A DNA stretch of 64,000 nt from the human T2T-CHM13v2.0 reference genome, Homo sapiens. Shown in pieces: positions 15,262 to 31,039 of the stretch. Where the stretch lies: NCBI RefSeq assembly GCF_009914755.1, contig NC_060939.1; one strand, written 5' to 3'. The notes under the pieces are model-generated. The model had not been told where the DNA came from and made no database searches. It saw only the letters and a list, made by a program, of their open reading frames with translations. Position 1 is the stretch's first letter. Every line of letters starts with the position of its first letter. The position numbers and the translations under genes were made by a program.

Positions 15262-15644
15262 AAGGCTGCAGATCCCTGGGCCAGTTGGAATTTCCTCTCC
15301 CGGAAGCTGGCCACCCAGCCTCACCCGCCCACCCACTCCTGGGGTGCCCTGTACCCAGTGTGCCACCTGCAGCAGAGCCCGTCCCCCATCTTCAGACACC
15401 CACCTCGGAGCCCCAGACAGTAGCCCGTGCGTGCCCTCAGAGCGCCAAACCTCCCAGCGGTTCTAAGTCAGGTCTGCGCACAGGCTCCAGCTGCAGGCAC
15501 ACTGCAAGGAGCAAGGCTGCCCGCAGGCCTAGCCACCCCAAGCAGCCACGTGTCCAGCGCCCACGCCCTCGCCGCCGCCGTCGCCGCCGCACTAATGGCT
15601 GGGTACCTGTTGGGGCTGCGTGTGAGAAGGCTGTGTATGTCTTG
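15262..15644 (+). CDS. BAHD1: BAHD1 coding exon (aa 478-605), includes Arg-rich [11 protein letters not shown] stretch
   Basis: Acceptor ccctttcctag| at 15261, phase 1 in (G+AA=Glu478); donor TTG|gtaagt at 15644/5; frame matches track ORF 15207..15662. Confidence 0.95.
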
Positions 15645-16060
15645 GTAAGTGCTAGCTCTTAGCTGATGACGAGAGGGAGGGAGGCAGTGGGGACACATGA
15701 CCTGCAGTGAGGTAGGTGCTAGAAGCACCTGGTTCTAGCTACTCTGAGAGCTGACAAGGGACTCCAGTTTACTTGTACCCCAGGAACCAGTCATGCTGGC
15801 CCACCCAGCTTGCTTCCCTAGCCCCCTACTGATCCTGTACCAGACACCCCAGGGAGGTCAGGAGACACACAGTCATAGCTGGTGGCTGCCATCTCGGTGA
15901 GTGTCTTCCCCTCCCCTCCCTGCTCACTTTGTCCCTTACACCCTGGATTGTAAAGTGGAGGACTTTCAATGGAGAACTTTTCTGGATAAGTCTATATAGG
16001 GGGCGTTGGAATGGGCAGAGAAAATTAGTGACACAGAGAACATCTCGGATGATGAAAAGA

Positions 16061-16685
<625 letters not shown>

Positions 16686-17210
16686 TTTATTGAGCACTTC
16701 TTAGATGCCAGAACTGAGCTAAGCATTTTGTAAGTATTATGCCCTTTAATCCTCACCACTACCCTATGTGGTATATATCCCATCTTCCTATAATTAATCC
16801 CATTTTACAGATGTGGAAGCTGAGGCTTAGCAATACTTTAAATAATTTGTCAAAGGCTGTGCCCCTTATAACAGTGGTTTAAGGGTTCAGACCGAGACTT
16901 GTTCCATTAGGAAGCATGAGCACTTACCCAGCACTGGGGGTCTTGGAGTGAGAGTCAGCTGTCGGGTATGGTGGTCAGAGCTCAGCCCCAGAAGCTTCAG
17001 GCCACTTTTCCACCCCTATTCCCTTTTCTCATCCTTTCTCCAACCATGAGAATTCCCCAGCCCCATCCAAAAAAGGATAGTGGTTTGACAAAACCAAGGT
17101 AGTGGTTTGACTATCTTGAGGAAATCGTGGAAAGGATGTCATTCCCTCTCTCTGTCCTTACTCTGAGTGTGGCTCTGCAAGCCTATTTGTGTCATTGGTT
17201 TGTTGCCTAG

Positions 17211-17370
17211 GATGAGCCGGAGCCAGCCATCCGAAAGAGCTACCAGGCGGTAGAGCGGCATGGGGAGACAATCCGAGTCCGGGACACCGTCCTTCTCAAA
17301 TCAGGCCCACGAAAGACCTCCACACCTTATGTGGCCAAGATCTCTGCCCTCTGGGAGAACCCCGAGTCAG
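17211..17370 (+). CDS. BAHD1: BAHD1 coding exon, start of BAH domain ([12 protein letters not shown]...[17 protein letters not shown])
   Basis: Acceptor tgttgcctag| at 17210; 160 nt open in phase 0; donor TCAG|gtacct; contains Y645 of the BAH aromatic cage. Confidence 0.95.
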
Positions 17371-17820
17371 GTACCTCTCCCTCTGGCTGGGGACCCAAGG
17401 GGCAGCTGCCTTCAGCAGAACTGTAGTCCCCAGATTGGCCCCTGCCTGGAGTTTGACCTGGCGTGAGTCTCCCCGTGTTCCTGGCACAGAGTCTGCCTTC
17501 CACTCGGCTGGGGTCTCTCTGCTGCCGAGGGCTGTGGGTGACCTTGTGGCTTGGGTTGGATCAGCTCATTAACCTTTCCAGCCAGCAGAGCCTGGGCACC
17601 TGTCCCCCCACCTCACCTGTCAGTGCCTTCTCCCCCTTCTCCCTCCATGCCTAACAGCATTCCAGGCCTCTGAATGCTTGGCCTGGGGCAGGGGACATGG
17701 GTTGCCGGAGCCTGCAGGATTGAGGTTGGATGAACCTCCAGGGCAGCCAGCCAGCCTCTCTGCCTGTCTAAGTAACTCAGGTTGCCAGTTCAAGCCATAA
17801 CCACTGTGTTGTCCTTCCAG

Positions 17821-17897
17821 GAGAGCTGATGATGAGCCTCCTGTGGTATTACAGACCTGAGCACTTACAGGGAGGCCGCAGTCCCAGCATGCACGAG
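17821..17897 (+). CDS. BAHD1: BAHD1 coding exon ([26 protein letters not shown])
   Basis: Acceptor gtccttccag| at 17820; donor GAG|gtgagc; WYYRPE is the BAH signature (W667/Y669 by my count). Confidence 0.95.
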
Positions 17898-18684
17898 GTG
17901 AGCTGCCTGGCAGATGGGTCAGGGAGGGCAGGAGAGACAGAGGGAAAGGTTATGGCACTAAGACGTGGTAGGGGGAGGGCAGCCATGGGCTGTAGTCAAA
18001 TCCCTGCGCTTGTCACTTTGGACTCCAGAGAACCTGGGAAAGGGCCCAGGATTTATTCTCTTTTCCCAACACTGCCCCAATTCATGTTTCAAAGGGAATA
18101 ATAACCTTTGTCTTAAAAAGAGGAACAGAAAGGGAACCCTTGAGGTAGCAGGTGCCAATGGGAGCAAGTGGATGTGTTCCCCTGGCAACAGGAAAGGTGA
18201 GGTGGAGCTGCATACCTGGTCACTTTTGGTATTTTCTGTAGTAGGGGAGGGGAGGGGAGGAAAGACTCCTCCTAACACCCCATAGGCTCTCCACCAAGCT
18301 GTGTGCTAAAAGAGGTGACTGCCATCTGTGTGTGCCCTGGGCTCACCTTTTATTTCACTTTCCCTTGCAGGGACTTTCCATCTAACTGGAAAGATGAAGA
18401 ACATTTCCCCTCTCCTACGCTAGGCAGGGCTGGGGTTTGGGAGGTCAGTGACAATCAGGGGCTAGAGCAGATACCTGGCTATTCTGGAGAAGGGGGGGAC
18501 CTAGAAGGGACTCAGGAGGAATGCCTGGAGGCAGTAGGTGAGGCATACTTAGGCTGAATTTCCAGGGAAGCTTGCTGGAGTCATCTCAGGTCAGCAGGCC
18601 CAGCAGAGGGGTTAATGTCTGCCTTGCTCTGGGAATGAGGTGCTTTCCAGCCCTGGTAACAACCTCCACCTGTCTCCCTTTGAG

Positions 18685-18785
18685 CCCTTGCAGAATGAAG
18701 TGTTTGCATCGCGACATCAGGACCAGAACAGTGTGGCCTGCATTGAGGAGAAGTGCTATGTGCTGACTTTTGCCGAGTACTGCAG
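18685..18785 (+). CDS. BAHD1: BAHD1 coding exon ([34 protein letters not shown]); alternative start at 18694
   Basis: Acceptor ccctttgag| at 18684 gives the 780-aa total; second in-frame acceptor ttgcag| at 18693; donor AG|gtaggt at 18785/6. Confidence 0.9.
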
Positions 18786-19290
18786 GTAGGTGGTTCCCTG
18801 CACCCTCTGGCTGGCCTCTTCCCTCAGGCTCCCCAGGCATATTTGGGGCTGCTTGGAATTCCCCGAGAGGATCTCATTCTGCTCTCTACCTGATCTTACT
18901 CACTGAGCCTAATCTCCCAGAACTTACTTCCCTATTGCTTGCCTCTACCATCTGATATTTTTTGGAAGAAAGAAGAAAAATTGTGTTGCCACACTGAGGT
19001 AGAATGGTTGGAGCAGAGTTGGGGGGTAACATTACTGCTCTTGGAAAAAATTTAGGCGAATTGGCAGGCAAATGGAGAGAGGCCCTGGCAAGTGTGGTTC
19101 TCCAGTGACAGAGAAGATAGCCTGGTGGTTGGCAGAGCAGACATCATCCCTGGGATGGGTGGAGACAGTACCACCCCTTGGGGAGCTAGGATAGCCTAGC
19201 TCTCTGGGTCGGGTAGGGTAGGGTAGGGAAGGAATTGGTCTTCCTGCAAAAGTGGCTGGAGTAAAGACAGTGAATGGTATCTCTCTACAG

Positions 19291-19480
19291 GTTCTGTGCC
19301 ATGGCCAAGCGCCGAGGTGAAGGCCTCCCCAGCCGAAAGACAGCACTGGTTCCCCCCTCTGCAGACTATTCCACCCCACCCCACCGCACAGTGCCAGAGG
19401 ACACGGACCCTGAGCTGGTGTTCCTTTGCCGCCATGTCTATGACTTCCGCCACGGGCGCATCCTTAAGAACCCCCAGTAG
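19291..19480 (+). CDS. BAHD1: BAHD1 last coding exon (FCAMAKRR...[20 protein letters not shown])
   Basis: Acceptor ctctctacag| at 19290, phase 2; stop TAG 19478-19480; BAH C-terminal FLCRHVYD motif. Confidence 0.96.
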
Positions 19481-21575
19481 CCTCCTCATGCCCATGCTGG
19501 GGCTACCCATGGGCAAGTGGGGCTCGGGGTAGGGGGCACTGCTTGAAGCACAGCACTTGGTTAGGGGGCCACAGAGGCCTAAGTTTGCTGGCCTGTGGTT
19601 TTCTTGGGGGGGAGGGCAGGGGCCCCTGTGGGTTCTGGGCTCCAGGGGAGGGAGCTGGGGAGGCCAGGGTATAAGAAAAGCATCAGAACTCTCAGCTTGG
19701 CCCAAGGTACCTTCTGTGGTTCCCCTGGGTGGAGATTTCCGAAAAGTAGTCTTCTCTGAGGCTGGGCCAAGCCTGAGGGAAATGGGGCCCTAGGAGGGTG
19801 GGGGCGGGAAGGAGGGGCAAGGTCTTTCAGGAACCAGACCCAACAGGCCCTTCTGTAGCCTCCCCCTTGCCCTCAAAGGGGGAGTGGGGGCCAGCTTTAC
19901 CTCACCCACTGTGACCCGCCGCTTCCCCTTCAGCCTGGGACCAGGCTTTCCTAGATCCCAGCACAGCTCTGAGCTTGTTCCTTTGAGGCATAGAGAGCCA
20001 GAGTCTGGCTTCCAGAGCATTGACTTCCTCTTCCTAGACTTGAGGCCTTTTCTCTGGCTTTCCTCCTTTGCCCTGCAGTAGCAACTGGTGCTGGGACAAG
20101 TTGACCCACCTCTCACAGTCATGGGTGTGGCCCACTTGTGGGAGTCTCCTGTCCACCTCCCAGAGACGGCCACCCAGCGGGTCTGGCTTCCCAGAAAGTT
20201 AACTGATGATTGTGGGGTTTGTCATATCTGGGAGGGAAGATGGGTGCTGGGAGAGGGTTGGGGGCAGGGGGCAAGGAAAATTGCTACCTGATTTGTTGAA
20301 GATTTTTCCTCTTGCCTTACACATGGAGGTTCCAGGAAACCTCTTGCAGAACTTCACACGTGATTCTTCAAGCCACACCCACCTGAAATCAAACCAAAGG
20401 AGTGCTGTGGCTCCCCTTGCCCTGCCACCCTTTCCCTAGTCTTTTGTAGATTGCACTAATTTACATCCTAGCAAGAATCAACACTGTATCAGTCCACGGA
20501 CCTGCTGAGCTGCAGCCACTTGCTCTAGGAGCTAAGGACTTGCATTTTCAGTTTGTTCCTGTTGCCCAGAGGCCCTGTTCTCACCTCATGCTGCTCCCCA
20601 GAGTAGACTAACAGGCTCAGTCCCCTGTTGTCCTTGTGGAGACTAGGCCTTGGCCCTGGCCCTGAGACTCTGTGAGGGGGCTGGAGCAGCCTGGTTATTT
20701 CCTATCTGTACCAAAGAGGAGTATGGTGGGAGAGGGAGTGGAGTGCAGTGTGGCTTGGGCCTGGTGCTGGGAACCTGCTAGCTGAGCACTTCCACAAGGG
20801 CATACCCCTGGGGGCAGGGGCTGGGGCTGAGAACTGCAGCCCTGGGTCTTCCCTTAGGGAGGAAGGGCAGATGAACCCAGCAGGCTTAGGAGGTGGCACT
20901 GGGTGAGGACAGCTGGGCAGGGGCTGCAGAGGGAGGTGGAAATGAACCCTGAGGGCTCCCCCAACTTGCCATGCCCTGTCCCTTAGTAGATGAGTTGCTC
21001 CTGATTGGTCATTGGGTTTGGGTGAGGCCTGGAGGCTTCAGAGGTGAATTTATGCTTGGGAAGCCTGATCCCAAACCTGAAGGGAAGGGACTTGGATCTC
21101 CTTATATTGAATAAGCTGTTTGGAGGAAGGTGTCTGTCTGGGAGGATGGGGCAGTAAATGAGGTTGGCAGAGTGGCAGTGGGGGCTCTGCAGAGCCAGCC
21201 TTGGAGCCTGCTCATTCTGGGCCCTTGCTGCCAAGGAGCCCAGCCTCACCTAGCAGGAAAGGAGATCAAGGCCCTCCTCCCAGGAGGTAGGGTCTTGGCT
21301 GCCCCGAACTTAAATGCTTTTGAAATCTCTTAGATGTGGAAATATTTTTTCGAACCTGAAAATGCAGCTGGTAGAATTTCAATGGAAGCATAATCCATGT
21401 AAAATATATTTTAGTTGATATTTTGTAAAATGCACTTTTTGTGTGTGTTGATCCTGGTTTCCCAGATCTGTATTTCAGTGTTTACAAGGGAGGAAGGACC
21501 TTTCCTCACCTCCCTTTTGACAGAGATTAGAAGTACTTCTTTAAGAAAAAAATAAATTTGAGAAATTGTATTGAT
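19481..21575 (+). other. BAHD1: BAHD1 3'UTR (~2.1 kb, no Alus seen)
   Basis: Runs from the stop codon to AATAAA at 21551; GT/T-rich element follows near 21595-21630; 3' end approximate. Confidence 0.8.
21551..21556 (+). terminator. BAHD1 polyadenylation signal AATAAA
   Basis: AATAAA after an AT-rich UTR end, with downstream GT-rich tract. Confidence 0.8.
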
Positions 21576-21907
21576 TTAGAAAAGGATCGTTTCCAGTGTG
21601 TCCTGTCATCTTTTGGTGTGTGGGTGTGGAGAGACCCACTATTCTTATTTCAGAGGTCCCTCTTAACCCCTGTGGCATGGATGCTCACCAAGGCCAATGA
21701 GCAAAGAGGGCAGGGAAGCAGAGGGAAAAGAGAGTGAGGGAAGGAGACAGAGGGACTGGGAACTTGGAGTTGACTTCTTGATTTCATGGTGGCCACAGCT
21801 GCCTGCTTAGGTCTGTGTGAAATACTTCAGTTGCCAGCCCTCACCTGACCAGTGACCTGGAAATTGGTCCCCAAGTAGGTACATGGCAAAGATACCTTCT
21901 TATCACT

Positions 21908-22191
21908 GGCCTCATGCAGTGGCTCCTGCCTGTAATCCCAGTGCTTTGGGAGGCAGAGGCAGGAGGGTTACTTGAGCCTAGGAGTTTAAGACCAGCCTAG
22001 GCAACATAGACCATGTCTCTCGAAAAATTTAAAAATTAGCCCGGCATGTCAGTGCATGCCTATAGTCTCAGTCAGGAGGCTAAGGTAGGAGGATTGCTTG
22101 ATCCCAAGAGCACGAGGCTGCAGTGAGCCGTGATCATACCACTGCAGCCTGGGTGACAGAGTGAGATCCTGTCTCAGAAAAGAAAAAAAAA
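21908..22191 (+). mobile_element. Alu (AluJ-like)
   Basis: Diverged dimer with A tail. Confidence 0.88.
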
Positions 22192-23929
22192 GCATCCCTC
22201 CTCATCACCTTGGGTAACTGGCCAGCACTGTCCTAGGGCCTCAGTGTCTTGCAGCTGGTGCTTCTTGCTTGCTGAGGAAGGCCACATCATGGGGCCAAGG
22301 GTCTGCGGCCAGCTGACCCCTGCTTCAGCCCAGCCCTGGTCCCAGCCTGGAAGCCTCAGTGTTGACCATGTTCCAGGTGGGGCAGCTCTAAGGCCATAGA
22401 GGTTCCTGGGAGCCACAGCACCCCCCCGCCCCGCCTCCACTTCTGCATTTTGCTAAGGCATGGTGCATGTGGGCAGGAACATTTTTTCAGAATTTATTGG
22501 TGGCACAGACACCACCATGGATTTTTCTAGCTCTGCCTTCAGTGTGGTGTCCACAAGACTCCCTTGAGGCGAGTGGTAGCTTGTCCTTATCTTACAGACA
22601 AGAAATTGGTATGGAGATAAGTACCAGGCCCAAGGACTCCCCCTGCCTCACCCTGACTGCTAACACAGAAAACTACCCTGTAACACAGAAGGGAGCACAC
22701 GTGGCCACATTATCAAAAGATTTTTAAAGGTCTAAGGCCTTTTTTTCCTCTCCTGGTTTAAAGGACATACTTACTGGAAAATATGATTTTAATAGAAAAT
22801 CCTATCACCAGAAATGTATACCTTTAGGATTATTGGAAGCAAGGAGCAGTGTAGACAAGGCAGAACCTTCACGCAAACTTCTGGTGCAGCAAATGGACAG
22901 GTGGTAGCCTGCAGATGCACTGGGGCAATCAGATGTGGAGAGCCTGCCCTGGAGAGCTGGAAGGCTGCAAGGCTTTACCGTTCCTTCCCCTGGCTCATCT
23001 GTGTGCTTTTCCTGTTGCTGGGATTGTGGGGTCATCAGTGAGCCCTCTAGTATCACCTCATCCCTCAAGTCCCCTCACCCTTCTGAATTCATCTGATCAC
23101 TGGTAGCTCCATTCTCCCACTGGTATCTTCTATTTTCCATCACCTGCTCTGTACAGTCCGCCCTCGAGTCAGCTGCTTCCTCCCTTCTAGCCATTCCATG
23201 ATATGCTCCTTTAATCTCTGAAGGGCCGTGATTAGAAATTTAGGTTTTAGACTCAGAACCACCCATACTGAGTCACATCTTCCCTGAGCCTCTGTTACTT
23301 CAGCTGTACAAAGGGAATGTCCACACTAGCTCCCTGCCAGGGTGGCTGTAACAACTAAAGGAGATAATGAATATAAAACACTTAGTGGGCGCTGTCCTCA
23401 GTACACTTGGGCTCTAATCATATTCCTCTGCTGCTTCAGAGGCTTGCTGGCTCTCTGCAGGCAGCAAGCACATAGCTGGACCAAGTCTGGCTACTGAGCC
23501 AGGTTCCCAGTGGGAAATGGTGGTTGCTGACATCCAAAGCACTTCGGGTCTGCTGTCCGCCCAAGTGACCAGCCTGGTGCCATGGAGCACACATCTAGCT
23601 CCAGGCAAGGAGACTACGTGCTGTTTCCCTGCTGTTTTGTGCCCCCAGCTCCTCACCCTTCCAAATGTGTGTTGGCCACACCAGCAGCTGATGGACCAAT
23701 GTGTCAGACCCTCCCCAGAGTGCCCAGTTATCCCACTGCCTCATGAGGAGAAGGCAGAGGAGGGGAGACTCCATTTCCAGACATTTCAGCATTACCCAGT
23801 GGACAAGCACTGTAGTCAGTCCCCAGGTATTGCTAAACACAAGGGTCACCATGGAGACTGGTCAGTGTCTGACAGTTCTGCTTCTCCTTCCTGGAGTGGC
23901 CACGACCTGCAGGACGGAGGGAGTTAAGG

Positions 23930-25694
<1,765 letters not shown>

Positions 25695-26486
25695 CCATGA
25701 GTGTGGGGCCAGCAGCTGGTGGGGACTGGTTTCAACGCCAGCTTTCTGTGCTTCTGCCTGTCATTCGGAGAAACTCTGGCTCTGGGGCTTGGGGCTTCTC
25801 AGGATCCTGGATGGCAGAGACTGCCCTCAGAAGTTCCTTGTCCAGGGTGGGCACCCACAGTGACTCAGAGGACAGGGCTAGGCAGGAGACCTGCTGCTCC
25901 TCATTGGGGGGATCTCTTGGGGGGCAGACACCAGTTTGCCAATGAAGCAACACATCTGATCTAAAGACTGGCTCCAGACCCCGGGCTGCCAGGATTATGC
26001 AGTCCACTTGGTCTACCTTAATTTAACCTGTGGCCAAACTCAGAGATGGTACCAGCCAGGGGCAAGCATGACCAGAGCCAGGGACCCTGTGGCTCTGATC
26101 CCCCATTTATCCACCCCATGTGCCTCAGGACTAGAGTGAGCAATCATACCTTATAAATGACTTTTGTGCCTTTCTGCTCCAGTCTCAAAATTTCCTACAC
26201 CTGCCAGTTCTTTACATTTTTCCAAGGAAAGGAAAACGGAAGCAGGGTTCTTGCCTGGTAGCTCCAGGACCCAGCTCTGCAGGCACCCAAAGACCCTCTG
26301 TGCCCAGCCTCTTCCTTGAGTTCTCGGAACCTCCTCCCTAATTCTCCCTTCCTTCCCCACAAGGCCTTTGAGGTTGTGACTGTGGCTGGTATATCTGGCT
26401 GCCATTTTTCTGATGCATTTATTTAAAATTTGTACTTTTTGATAGAACCCTTGTAAGGGCTTTGTTTTCCTAATAGCTGACTTTTT

Positions 26487-26492
26487 AATAAA
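26487..26492 (+). terminator. CHST14 polyadenylation signal AATAAA
   Basis: AATAAA ~790 nt after the stop codon, in T-rich context. Confidence 0.8.
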
Positions 26493-26862
26493 GCAGTTTT
26501 ATATATAAGGTGAGCATTTCTGTGATTTCCCTTGGAGCTCCTGTGGGCCCAGCAGATCTCCTCGATGTCTGTCTTCCCATGTCAGGGGAGGCAGCCTGTA
26601 GATAGAGAAAGTAAGGTATAACTTGGTTGGGCTGGTCCAATGGGCCGTTGCCATTCCATGGAGACTTTGGGGGCTTTCTAATAGGCTATACCAGATCACA
26701 GACTCAGATCCTGGGATGTCACCAAAGGGCAAGCCCAGTTAGGAATGGCCTCACGTCCAGAGCATACCTACATGTATTATTCCCTAAAAAAGTAGGTGGG
26801 TAGGAGATACGGGATCCTCCTCTTATTCAATAAGAGTTGAATGAGAAGTTCCCCCAGAGCAT

Positions 26863-27171
26863 TTTCTTTCTTTCTTTTTTTTTTTTTTTTTGAGATGAAG
26901 TCTCGATCTGTCACCCAGGCTGCAGTGCAGTAGCACCATCTTGGCTCACTGCAACCTCTACCTCCTGGGTTCTAGCGATTGCCTCAGCCTCCCAAGTAGC
27001 TGGGATGATTACAGGCACGCACCACCACACCTGGCTAATTTTTGTATTTTTAGTAGAGATGGGGTTTCACCATGTTGGCCAGGCTGGTTTCGAACTCCTA
27101 ACCTCAGGTGATCTGCCCACCTCGGCCCCTCCAAAGTGCTAGGATTACAGGCGTGAGCTACCACGCCTGGC
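26863..27171 (-). mobile_element. Alu (AluS-like)
   Basis: Reverse Alu consensus. Confidence 0.92.
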
Positions 27172-29009
27172 CCCGGACCATTTTCAAATGAAAAAGAAAA
27201 TTTTTGTGTGAGCAAGGAGATTTTTTTCTGGCACTACAAGGAAGGCAGGCAAGGAGGTTGAGTGAGGGTCAGGCTCTTGTTGACTTAGGTCCAGAGAAAG
27301 TTGTGGAAGGAATACAGTTGGAGCAGCAGAGGACAGACTTCAGTATGGCCCATTGCCCCCACTGCTCTCCAGGGATCCCAGGCCCATCAGGAGTTGCTGG
27401 GCCCAAGGGAGAGTTGCAAGGCCAGAGCTGGCCCTTCTCTGTTAGCCCTATTTCACACACCCCCAGTGGGAACTGCTGTACTTTATAGAGACCTGAGGCT
27501 ATGGTAAGAGGTGGGGCCCAAGGAAGGGAGGCAGGGAGGGCCCCCTTGCAGGTGCTACCTGTCGCTAGCTTTGCTATTGATTGGACTTTGGAGAGGAAAA
27601 CTAACACTATTTCCCATATTTGGGATAGGGGGCTTCTATGGGCACTTATGGCTCTCCACTATGACTCATCAGGCCATGTTGCTTCCAGAAGGCCTTACCT
27701 GACCCCCTGTCTGGCTCAGATGTCCTTCTTCAGAGTCCCCTTGGCTCTGGGGACTTTACCTAGACCGATCAAGTCCCAGCCCTATTCCTCACCAGCTGCC
27801 TATCTCTCAGAGCCTCTGTTTTCTCCAATGTGTCGTGGGAATAAAAACACCTATCTCATGTAGATTGCTAGGAGAGGGGAGGATTAATGAAGACAAAATG
27901 AATAAAAGGGCCCATCCCCACACCTGGCTCAGTGGATGTTCTTTTGGATGCTGGTTCAACACCTGACCCCTCAGAGGCCTGTGGGGACAAGGGAGAAGCC
28001 AGGACACTGTGTCTGGCCCAGCACTGGATATCACTGCTACCTCTGGGCAGGGCCCCTTTGACCTCTGGGTTTACTTCCTCTACCAATGAGTCAGTCCTTC
28101 TCTGAGCTTCCGACCCCTCAGGACCCCCCTACTGCACCCTCTTTTTCCTCCTTGCCTGGGACTTTAAGCGGCTCCAGACCTACAGCAGCTAATCAGTCCC
28201 CCTAACTGGGGCCTGCAGCACGAACCGGAGAACCTGGAGAACACTGGGGCCGGCTGCTGTACTCACCCCATTTAATCCTCACAACAGCCGCGTGCCGGTG
28301 GGGTCATCCTGTTTTACAGACATGGAAACTGGCACAGAGAGGATAAATAACCTGCCCAAAGTGTCCAACCCAGGTCTGTCTGCCTCCCAAATGGGAGGGA
28401 GGAAAGGAGGAAGGCTTATGGAAGGTAGGGGTAGAGAGAAGAAGGAATAGGAAGGTGAAGTTAGAGGAAGGGTAGGTGGGGTTGTAGTCAGGGGTATTTG
28501 CAAACATTCTCCTTCCTCAGTTCTTTCGTTCATTTGCAAAGAACCCAGTTGAGCCCAGCTGACTTTTACCAGTTCCTGCCCTGGAGGACCGGGAGACAGA
28601 TAGTGCTCTTGATGTGGTTAATTTATTGGCTACTCTCCTCCCAGGCAGAAAAGGGGTGCTGGGCCTTAGAGCATCCTGACAGCCACAAGTGGACACCTGT
28701 GGTGTGGGGAGGAGGGTGTGAGGAAGAGGAGAGGAGAGGGACAGGAGAGACAAATGCTACCTTCTGGGTCATTATTTTTCCACTAGTCAGCCCCTGAGGA
28801 AAATAATTTGTCACGTAGCCTTCCTTTCAGGAAAACAGACTTCTTAAAAGAAGCTGCCAAGGAAGTGGCATAGAATTGTGGGGTCCAGCAAGCCCTAGTG
28901 GGACCTGCTTTATGCTGGGTACTGGAGGCACTACCGGCTGTGGGTCACCGGGGCGGGGATGGGGGCATTCTCAGGACTGGATGCCTGGACTGTCTTCTGG
29001 GGATTCCTC

Positions 29010-29371
<362 letters not shown>

Positions 29372-29877
29372 GGATTCCTCCTCTTCATTGCTTCTGCTGT
29401 GGTTCCCTACCCTCTGGAGCCAAGCCCTACCCTACCGCCTGGCCCCTCAAAAGACAAGGGGCCCCTTTAGAACTTACTCCCCGGACAACCCAACCCAGGT
29501 CCCCTAGGCACAGGGGCAGTTAACTTCTCTCACAGCTGAGGCCTATGAACAAAGGAAGGGGAGGAGCCCGAAGCAGGCTGGCCTTCCTGTCTCGACCCTG
29601 ATTCCACTTCCAGGCTCCACTTCTTGTCCATTTCTCATCCCATCTGAAGCTACTGCCCAGAAACCACCTTAAATTTGGAGGCTCTTCCCGCCCCTCTTCC
29701 CACTCTCGCCTCTGCCCCCACACCCCAGGAGCATCACACCACACAGGGCCCCTGCAGGACACAACAAGGGCAGAGTGGGGCAGCTGACCCACCCCCCTGG
29801 GTGGACACTGAACCCTCACCTTTCCATGGGCCTATCACCACAGGGCCAAGCTCCCAAGACCCCACTCAGGATGGATG

Positions 29878-30103
29878 TTTCTTTTCTTTTGCTTTCTTTT
29901 TTTTTTTTTTTTTGAAACAGGGTCTTGCCCTGTTGCCCAGGCTAAAGTGCAGTGTTGCAATTATAACTCACTGCAGCCTCAACTTCCCAGGCTCAAGGAG
30001 TCCTCCCACCTCAGCCTCCTGAGTGGCTGGGACTACAGGTGTGCACCACTATGCCCAGCTAATGTTTTCTATTTTTTGTAGAGACAGGGTGTTGCCCAGG
30101 CTG
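29878..30103 (-). mobile_element. Truncated Alu (AluJ-like)
   Basis: Right arm plus part of left arm. Confidence 0.85.
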
Positions 30104-30374
30104 GAAGGATCTTTCTTTTTGAACAAGCCCCTGCCTGGCTCTAAAGAGAGGAAGGCATTTTTTCTCTTCCTAAAGAGAAAGACTAATAATGAACAGTAAC
30201 TACTGTGAACTGAGAGTACCCGTGCTGGTGCTTTACATGCCTCATCCTCTCCATTCTTACAACCCAGCAAGGTAAGTAACATTATTTCCATTTTCTAGAT
30301 GAGGAAATTGAGCCTAAGTGACTTGCCCAAAGAGATGGCAGGGTTGGGATTAAAAGTCAGCTCCAACTAAGGTT

Positions 30375-30800
30375 TTTCTTTTTCTATTTTTCTTTCTAAC
30401 TTTTAGGTTCAGGGGATACACGTGCAGGTTTGTTCCATGGGTAAATTGTGTATTGCAGGGGTTTGGCATGCAAATTATTTCACTGCCCAGGTAATAAGCA
30501 TAGTACTCACTGGGTAGTTTTTGCATCCTCACTCTCCTCCCACCTTTCACCCTCAAGTGGTCCCAGTGTCCATTGTTTTCTTCTTTGCGGCCATGTATAC
30601 TCACTGTTTAGCTTCCACTTATAGGTGAGACAATGAAGTATTTGGTTTTCTGTTGCTGGTGTTAATTTGCTTAGGATAATGGCCTCTAGCTCTATCCATG
30701 TTGCTGCAAAGGACATGATTTTGCTCTTTTTTATGGCTGTGTAGTTTTCTATGGTGTATATGTACCACATTTTCTTTACCGAGTCCACTGTTGTCCATTT
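30375..30800 (-). mobile_element. LINE-1 3' end fragment (primate L1PA/PB-like)
   Basis: Minus-strand ORF reads KKMWYIYTIENYTAIKKSKIMSFAATWIELEAIILSKL (L1 ORF2 C-terminus), plus 3'UTR. Confidence 0.9.
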
Positions 30801-31039
30801 AAGGTTTGTTCCCCTCAAAATGAATATGCATTATAAACTACCCAGCTTATTGGCTTTGTGATGTGCCTCATGTTCCTCTTCTCTGATTCATGTCCCCTTC
30901 TCCAGTCCTCCTTCTGAACACTGCACAAATGATTCTGTTCACAACTCTCTCCAGCTATTATAAAATCCCCTAGGTTTGCCTACCTGAAGATCAACTTTCC
31001 AGTACTGTTGGACCCAGACCATGAATGTACTGGACTATC

